From Bacteroidales bacterium (GTDB lineage Bacteria > Bacteroidota > Bacteroidia > Bacteroidales > CAIWKO01), in contig DAOORA010000047.1 in assembly GCA_035389045.1 (NCBI GenBank), positions 1 to 35,385 of the forward strand: DNA of 35,385 bases, in the 5' to 3' direction. Of this stretch, positions 29,906-35,385 are shown piece by piece. The notes beneath the pieces are model-generated. The model was not told the DNA's origin, made no database searches, and worked only from the letters and a program-made list of their open reading frames with translations. Position 1 is the stretch's first letter, and each line of letters begins with the position of its first letter. The translations under genes were made by a program, and so were the position numbers.

Positions 29906-30688
29906 TTAATACTTCAAGATAAAATGTTGTTTGGCTATTTTTTTATTAAAAAACACAATTCCTAAACGGAATAAATCAATACTTGTAATTACCTTTGGAT
30001 GTGCAGCAATTTCATTCCAGGCATCCTTCATTTCAGGCGACCAGTATATATCATCAAAAATAAAAACTGATTTATCATCAATATACTGCAGACACTGATC
30101 AAAATATCTTAATGTGGCCTCCCGTGTATGATTGCCATCAAAAAAAAACAGACAGTTTTTTTTTATGTTTTTCAAAACCGGACTTAATTGTTCATCAAAA
30201 TCCCCGACCACCAAGTCAATGTTTAATGAAAGTTTTTCAAAATTTGATCTTGCCGCTGCTGCTGTTTGCGGGCAGGCCTCAATTGTTGTCAAAGGAATAC
30301 TTTTATCCGCCACAGACATATACATGGCACTTATGCCCAGAGAAGTTCCTAATTCAAGTATCTGGCCGGGCTTCAGGTATTTTATCATACGATACAGCAA
30401 AAACACATCTTTGGGCGGATTGGCGTATTGGCGCATTATGTCTGAAATCCGCCGCTCAAACGGTTTCGACGCACCTCCTGTTCCACGATCATTCACAATA
30501 ATAGATTTAGCGGACTTAAAACAGGCTTTTCTAATTTTTTCTATATCTGAAAGTGTCTTTGGAAGTCGTTGATTTGACCGGATGACCTGTGTATAAAACT
30601 CATAAACAAAAGGCGAATGAATTTTATATTCAGATTGTGCTCTGAACTTGTACCTTAGAAATTCCCGGATACGAAATACGGTATGCAT
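29906..30688 (-). CDS. Class I SAM-dependent methyltransferase (Methyltransf_24-like)
   Basis: IHSPFVY, ILELGTSLGIS, FFDGNH, FDDIYWS. Confidence 0.88.
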   Translation of the reverse strand: MHTVFRIREFLRYKFRAQSEYKIHSPFVYEFYTQVIRSNQRLPKTLSDIEKIRKACFKSAKSIIVNDRGTGGASKPFERRISDIMRQYANPPKDVFLLYRMIKYLKPGQILELGTSLGISAMYMSVADKSIPLTTIEACPQTAAAARSNFEKLSLNIDLVVGDFDEQLSPVLKNIKKNCLFFFDGNHTREATLRYFDQCLQYIDDKSVFIFDDIYWSPEMKDAWNEIAAHPKVITSIDLFRLGIVFFNKKIAKQHFILKY

Positions 30689-30789
30689 AACATTTTTTAT
30701 CCGTGTAAAAGTAATTTTTTTCTTAAAAACACAGTTTTATTATGTCAATTTACTAATTTCGTCAACTCAATAAAAATAAATTTACCTTT

Positions 30790-33700
30790 ATGAATGTCCT
30801 GAAAAATTTCAAAATATTGAATAACCTGCTGGGATGGCTGGTTTTTATAGTTGCTGCCGGCGTATATCTTCTCACTAAAGAACCAACGGCAAGCTGGTGG
30901 GACTGCGGCGAATATATTTCCACTGCCTTTAAACTTGAGGTGGGGCACCCGCCCGGAGCGCCGATGTTCCAGCTTATGGGACGTTTTTTCACACTGTTCG
31001 CCGGCAATGATGTAACTAAAGTGGCGATGATGGTGAACAGCATGTCGGCTATTTTAAGTGGTTTTACCATATTATTTCTTTTCTGGTCTATCACAGCTAT
31101 CTCAAAGAAATTATTTGTAAAAAGTAACAGCTATGATTTATCCACGCCACAGATATTCATTATTCTGGGCGCCGGCCTTGTGGGAGCTATGGCTTATACA
31201 TTTACCGATTCTTTCTGGTTTTCCGCTGTTGAGGGCGAGGTGTACGCCACTTCGGCCTTTTTCACCGCACTGGTTTTCTGGGCCATGCTTAAGTGGGAAG
31301 TGGTTGCTGACGAACCTCACGCCAACCGATGGATCGTTTTCATTGCCTTTATGATGGGCTTATCCATTGGTGTGCATTTATTAAACCTCCTTTGTATCCC
31401 CGCCATGACTGTGATCTACTATTTCAGAAAAATGAAACAATCCCGAAAAAACTTCATTCTCGCCCTGTTGCTCTCTGTTGTCATACTCGGACTTATACAA
31501 TCGGGCATTATCCCATGGACGGTGAAAATGGCCGGATATTTTGAATTATTCTTTGTGAACACTGCGGGCATGCCTTTCAATTCAGGCACCATCATTTATT
31601 TTGTCTTACTTGTCGGATTGATCATCCTGGGCCTGGTATTATCAAAAAAACGGGGAAAAACAGTATTGAATACAATTATTTTATGTTTCACTTTCATCAT
31701 TATCGGCTATTCTTCATTTTTGGTTCTGATAGTCCGCGCCAATGCCAACACCCCTATCAATGAAAATGCGCCCAAAGATGCACTGACGATGCTTACCTAT
31801 CTGAACCGCGATCAGTACGGTGACTGGCCTGTGCTGTACGGGCAATATTTCAATGCAAAAGTGATAGACACCAAAGAGGGAGCCTATAATTACATAAAAG
31901 GAAAAGACAAATATATTCCTACCACCCGAAAGGTATCATACAAGTATGATCCGAATGGCTGTGGTTTGTTCCCGAGAATGTGGAGTGAACAGGAAAAACA
32001 CATACGGGCCTATAAAGCCTGGACCGGAACCAAAGGCAACCGGAAACCGACTTTTGGTGAAAACCTGGCTTTCTTTTTCAAAAACCAGATCGGCAATCAG
32101 TATTTGCGTTATTTTATGTGGAACTTTGTAGGCCGCCAGAATGACATACAGGGTTTTGGCATCGATGAAGCCGGAAACAAAGATATCTCAAACGGAAACT
32201 GGATCAGTGGTATTAAGTTTTTAGATGCGGCACGCCTGGGAAATCAGGATCTCATAACTGAAAAAATGTCGTCAAACAAAGGGCGGAATACATATTACTT
32301 TTTGCCTTTCTTACTCGGCCTTGCAGGACTAATCTATCATTTCTGGAAAAACAAAAAAGATGCTTTTATTGTTACTTTGCTTTTCTTACTCACCGGCCTG
32401 GCCATCATCGTGTATCTGAACCCCACACCCTACCAGCCCCGTGAAAGAGATTATGCCTATGCCGGATCTTTTTATGCTTTTGCAATTTGGATAGGCATTG
32501 GCGTCGTGGCTCTCTACGAGCTTCTGTCAAAGAAAATACCGAAAATGGTCAGCGTGGTCATTGCTACGGTGTTATGTTTCCTGCTCGTCCCGGCAATCAT
32601 GGCCAAACAAAACTGGGATGACCACGACCGTTCGGATAAATATGCCTGTCGTGATTATGCCAAAAACTACCTTGCCTCGTGTGCTCCGAATGCTATTCTT
32701 ATCACTAATGGCGATAACGACACTTTTCCTTTATGGTACGCCCAGGAAGTTGAAGGATTCAGAACTGACGTCAGGGTTGTTAATTTCACCCTTGCTTCAG
32801 GAGATTGGTATATTCACCAATTGTTCAATAAGATATACGAATCCGACCCATTACCTTTTACCATACCCTCTGATAAGTACACGGCCGGCACCAACGATTT
32901 TGTTCCTTACTATGAAAAAGATCCGAACAATGTCTGGGATCTGAAAAAGCTGATCAACTTCATCAACAGTGATATTGAAGACAGTAAAGTTCAACTGCAG
33001 GACAAACGCAGAGTGGCTTTCATGCCTACCAAAAATCTATCCCTCAAAGTTGATTCTGCCAAAGTATGCAATAACGGTACCGTTCCCCGCTACCTTGCCG
33101 ACAAAGTAGTAAACGCCATTACCTGGAAGGTAAAAAAGAACACTTTATACAAAAACGACCTGATGCTCCTCGACCTGATCGCTACAAATAACTGGGAACG
33201 TCCGATATATTTTGCAAGCCCTTCAAGTGTGGACGACTTTATCAAAGTTGATGATTATTGTTTTCTTGAAGGCTGTGTATACAGATTTATGCCGGTTAAA
33301 GGCGATGCCCGGAGAGGCGGAGTGCTTACCGATGAAACTTATGATTGTATTACTAAAAAGTTTGCTTACGGCAATCTTAATGACCCCACAGTTTATGTGG
33401 ATAAAGAAAGCTACGGGATGTCCTTATACCTGAGAAATAATTTTGCTCGTCTTGCACAGGGTTTGATCGCAGAAGGCAAAAAAGACAAGGCAATAAAAAT
33501 TCTTGACCAGGGTATCGAACTGCTTCCCGACAGAGCTGTGCCCTATGATTTATATATGATAGGTTACGGCGAACTTTATTTTCTTGCAGATGCACCTCAA
33601 AAAGCAATGGAAATATTCCGCATCATCGGGGATATTTACGACCAGAATCTAACATATTATCAAAGTGTTGATCCGAAAGTTTTTGAAAAAAATGTGTTCT

Positions 33701-33924
33701 TCATGCTCAACGGTATGGATCAATCGGTAGGATTTCTGGGTGAAGACACACAGCAGGCACTTCAGATACTTCAGGCGTTGATGTCCTATTCAGAAAAATA
33801 TGAGCAAAAAGAAGAAAGCAAAAAATACCGTGATATGCTCATGAAATATGTGCCGGGACAACAGCCGCAAACAGGCGGACAGGAAGAAACGACAACCGGA
33901 GGCCAGCCTGCAACCGACAACTAA
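30790..33924 (+). CDS. DUF2723 / TMEM260-like multi-pass GT-C glycosyltransferase
   Basis: WDCGEYI, HPPGAP, FWFSAVEGEVY, GVHLL, RERDY, GDNDTFPLWY; helical C-terminus; TAATTTCG at 30754-30761 upstream. Confidence 0.9.
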   Translation: MNVLKNFKILNNLLGWLVFIVAAGVYLLTKEPTASWWDCGEYISTAFKLEVGHPPGAPMFQLMGRFFTLFAGNDVTKVAMMVNSMSAILSGFTILFLFWSITAISKKLFVKSNSYDLSTPQIFIILGAGLVGAMAYTFTDSFWFSAVEGEVYATSAFFTALVFWAMLKWEVVADEPHANRWIVFIAFMMGLSIGVHLLNLLCIPAMTVIYYFRKMKQSRKNFILALLLSVVILGLIQSGIIPWTVKMAGYFELFFVNTAGMPFNSGTIIYFVLLVGLIILGLVLSKKRGKTVLNTIILCFTFIIIGYSSFLVLIVRANANTPINENAPKDALTMLTYLNRDQYGDWPVLYGQYFNAKVIDTKEGAYNYIKGKDKYIPTTRKVSYKYDPNGCGLFPRMWSEQEKHIRAYKAWTGTKGNRKPTFGENLAFFFKNQIGNQYLRYFMWNFVGRQNDIQGFGIDEAGNKDISNGNWISGIKFLDAARLGNQDLITEKMSSNKGRNTYYFLPFLLGLAGLIYHFWKNKKDAFIVTLLFLLTGLAIIVYLNPTPYQPRERDYAYAGSFYAFAIWIGIGVVALYELLSKKIPKMVSVVIATVLCFLLVPAIMAKQNWDDHDRSDKYACRDYAKNYLASCAPNAILITNGDNDTFPLWYAQEVEGFRTDVRVVNFTLASGDWYIHQLFNKIYESDPLPFTIPSDKYTAGTNDFVPYYEKDPNNVWDLKKLINFINSDIEDSKVQLQDKRRVAFMPTKNLSLKVDSAKVCNNGTVPRYLADKVVNAITWKVKKNTLYKNDLMLLDLIATNNWERPIYFASPSSVDDFIKVDDYCFLEGCVYRFMPVKGDARRGGVLTDETYDCITKKFAYGNLNDPTVYVDKESYGMSLYLRNNFARLAQGLIAEGKKDKAIKILDQGIELLPDRAVPYDLYMIGYGELYFLADAPQKAMEIFRIIGDIYDQNLTYYQSVDPKVFEKNVFFMLNGMDQSVGFLGEDTQQALQILQALMSYSEKYEQKEESKKYRDMLMKYVPGQQPQTGGQEETTTGGQPATDN

Positions 33925-33951
33925 AATATAATTAAATTAAATTATTTCTAT

Positions 33952-33985
33952 AAGTCATCTGTTAATAAACGGATGACTTTTTTTT
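33952..33985 (+). terminator. Intrinsic terminator after the DUF2723 gene
   Basis: AAGTCATCTGTT-aata-AACGGATGACTT (one G-U pair) followed by a T-run. Confidence 0.8.
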
Positions 33986-33997
33986 AAATAAAGACCT

Positions 33998-34672
33998 ATG
34001 AAATCTCAAATTCTTATTTTTGCATTTACCCTTTTATTTTTGAACAATTATGCTCAAAAAACCGGATGTATTGAAGGCAATTGTGCCAATGGCACAGGCA
34101 CCTTTTCGTACCCTAACGGGAATACCTATAAAGGTGAATTCGTAAATCATAAACTCAACGGAACCGGTACCTTTACCTTTGCCTCAGGGATATGGAAAGG
34201 CTGCCGGTATGTTGGTCAATGGAATAATAATGTCATGAGCGGAACCGGTATTTTTTATTATGCCAATGGTGATATATACGAAGGCCAATTTGAAAACAAC
34301 AAACTCAACGGAACCGGTACCTATATCTTTAAAAACGGCGATGTTTATACCGGAGCATGGCTGGATAACAAATGCAACGGCAAGGGTGTTTTTTCTTATG
34401 CAGACGGGGAATACAAAGGGTGCACCTACGAAGGAGACTGGAAAAACAGCAAAATGGACGGACAGGGAACGTTCAGCTGTGCAAACGGTAAAAAATATAC
34501 CGGACAGGTTAAAAATAACATGAAAGACGGCAAAGGGCTGCTGATATTACCCGATGGCTCACAATACGATGGTTTTTTCAGACAGGACAAATTTCATGGC
34601 CAGGGTTGTTTCACCTACCCCACAGGAAAAAAAGTCTGTGGCAAATGGAAAAACAACGAATACCAGGAATAA
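33998..34672 (+). CDS. Exported MORN-repeat protein
   Basis: Signal peptide, GCIEGNCANG cap, repeated YxGxF/WxNxKxxGxGxFxYxNG units. Confidence 0.9.
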   Translation: MKSQILIFAFTLLFLNNYAQKTGCIEGNCANGTGTFSYPNGNTYKGEFVNHKLNGTGTFTFASGIWKGCRYVGQWNNNVMSGTGIFYYANGDIYEGQFENNKLNGTGTYIFKNGDVYTGAWLDNKCNGKGVFSYADGEYKGCTYEGDWKNSKMDGQGTFSCANGKKYTGQVKNNMKDGKGLLILPDGSQYDGFFRQDKFHGQGCFTYPTGKKVCGKWKNNEYQE

Positions 34673-34700
34673 AAAAACCGACCAAAACAAGCCGGTTTTT
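34673..34700. terminator. Weak, possibly bidirectional terminator
   Basis: AAAAACCG...CGGTTTTT directly after the MORN stop, between convergent genes. Confidence 0.5.
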
Positions 34701-34724
34701 CATTTATCCTGGTTAATTCACAAA

Positions 34725-34817
34725 CTTTGAGAACTTTTGTGCAAACCTTTGTGACCTTAAGTGGTTAATAATTTTTAACACAAAGTCACTCAAAGTACAC
34801 CACAAAGTAACACCAAG
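34725..34817. repeat. Inverted pair of short tandem CTTTGTG / CACAAAG arrays (REP-like)
   Basis: Left arm CTTTGAG..TTTTGTG..CTTTGTG..TAAGTGGTTAA; right arm TTAACACAAAG..CTCAAAG..CACAAAG..CACCAAG; 10-13 nt spacing. Confidence 0.65.
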
Positions 34818-34871
34818 ATAAATAATCAGTTAAAACAATTTGTGAATTAATCAGGTTATATAAGTACATCC

Positions 34872-35384
34872 TTATTTTTTCATTTTTGACGTTTCTGCAA
34901 TACCTACCGATTCTGAAACAAACTCAAGGGAAGGCCGCCCCACCCACATTCCTGTGGTAACGCCGCACTTCAGGTAATAGGTTTTTCCAGGCTCCAGATT
35001 CATAGATGCAGTAACCTTGGGCGGTTCTGTCTGAGCTGAAAAAGTAACCAGCCCAGGGTCGAGTTTGGTGGCAAAATATGTATTATTCTGTACTTTAGTA
35101 ATATATTTTGAATCAGCATACACATCATAAAACACGGTAAGTCCCGATGGCGAATTTCTTCTATATATTATTACTGTTGCCTGATCCAGCACGGCGGGTT
35201 CAGCGATCACTTCATTCGTGACCGGAGCATCGGTTCTGCTCTCTGCATTAAAAACTTCCTTAGTGCCGTTTTCGAATTTGATCATAAATATTTCCGATTT
35301 CAAAATAGTATACAACGGACCTTCCTGATTGTCAAATTTTTTATATTTTACATCAGAAATGCCAACTTCCTGAATTTTAGCATA
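34872..35384 (-). CDS. DUF2846-like domain protein, 5' end truncated by the window edge
   Basis: Frame stays open to the window end (YAKIQEVGISDVKYKKFDNQEGPLYTILKSEIFMIKFENG...); C-terminal ATVIIYR...LDPG...LEPGKTYYLKC. Confidence 0.75.
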   Translation of the reverse strand, partial: YAKIQEVGISDVKYKKFDNQEGPLYTILKSEIFMIKFENGTKEVFNAESRTDAPVTNEVIAEPAVLDQATVIIYRRNSPSGLTVFYDVYADSKYITKVQNNTYFATKLDPGLVTFSAQTEPPKVTASMNLEPGKTYYLKCGVTTGMWVGRPSLEFVSESVGIAETSKMKK

Positions 35385-35385
35385 A

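Noticed and set aside
423..34523. Numerous 60-150 aa antisense or alternate-frame ORFs inside the large genes
   Set aside because: Shadow ORFs fully overlapping well-supported genes, with no recognisable motifs.
34725..34817. Possible mini CRISPR array
   Set aside because: Units are 7-13 nt with no spacers, the two halves are inverted, and there are no cas genes.

Overview
Bacterial chromosomal window, almost certainly from an anaerobic Bacteroidota lineage: it has TAnnTTTG-type -7 promoters, a T9SS cargo protein, and the ftsX-DUF3098-uppP-truB and methyltransferase-ABC-PduO-DUF2795 gene strings. Most of it is housekeeping (pfkA, priA, MsbA-like ABC exporter, class II ribonucleotide reductase, leuS, ftsX, uppP, truB), plus two GT-C-type membrane glycosyltransferase candidates. 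The left 7.3 kb is the unusual part. An intact HydC-HydB-HydA-like (NuoE/NuoF/[FeFe]-hydrogenase) operon keeps its accessory Fe-S ligands, but the [2Fe]H pocket, the proton-transfer path and the FMN/NADH site are all substituted. It lies divergent to an E. coli-like preTA pair, which is followed by an unannotated ORF6N-family pseudogene. Intergenic DNA holds several small palindromic elements, including a 159-bp MITE-like element with TTA target duplications just upstream of leuS. No rRNA, tRNA, CRISPR array or intact transposase was seen. All family assignments come from motif recognition by eye, not database searches.
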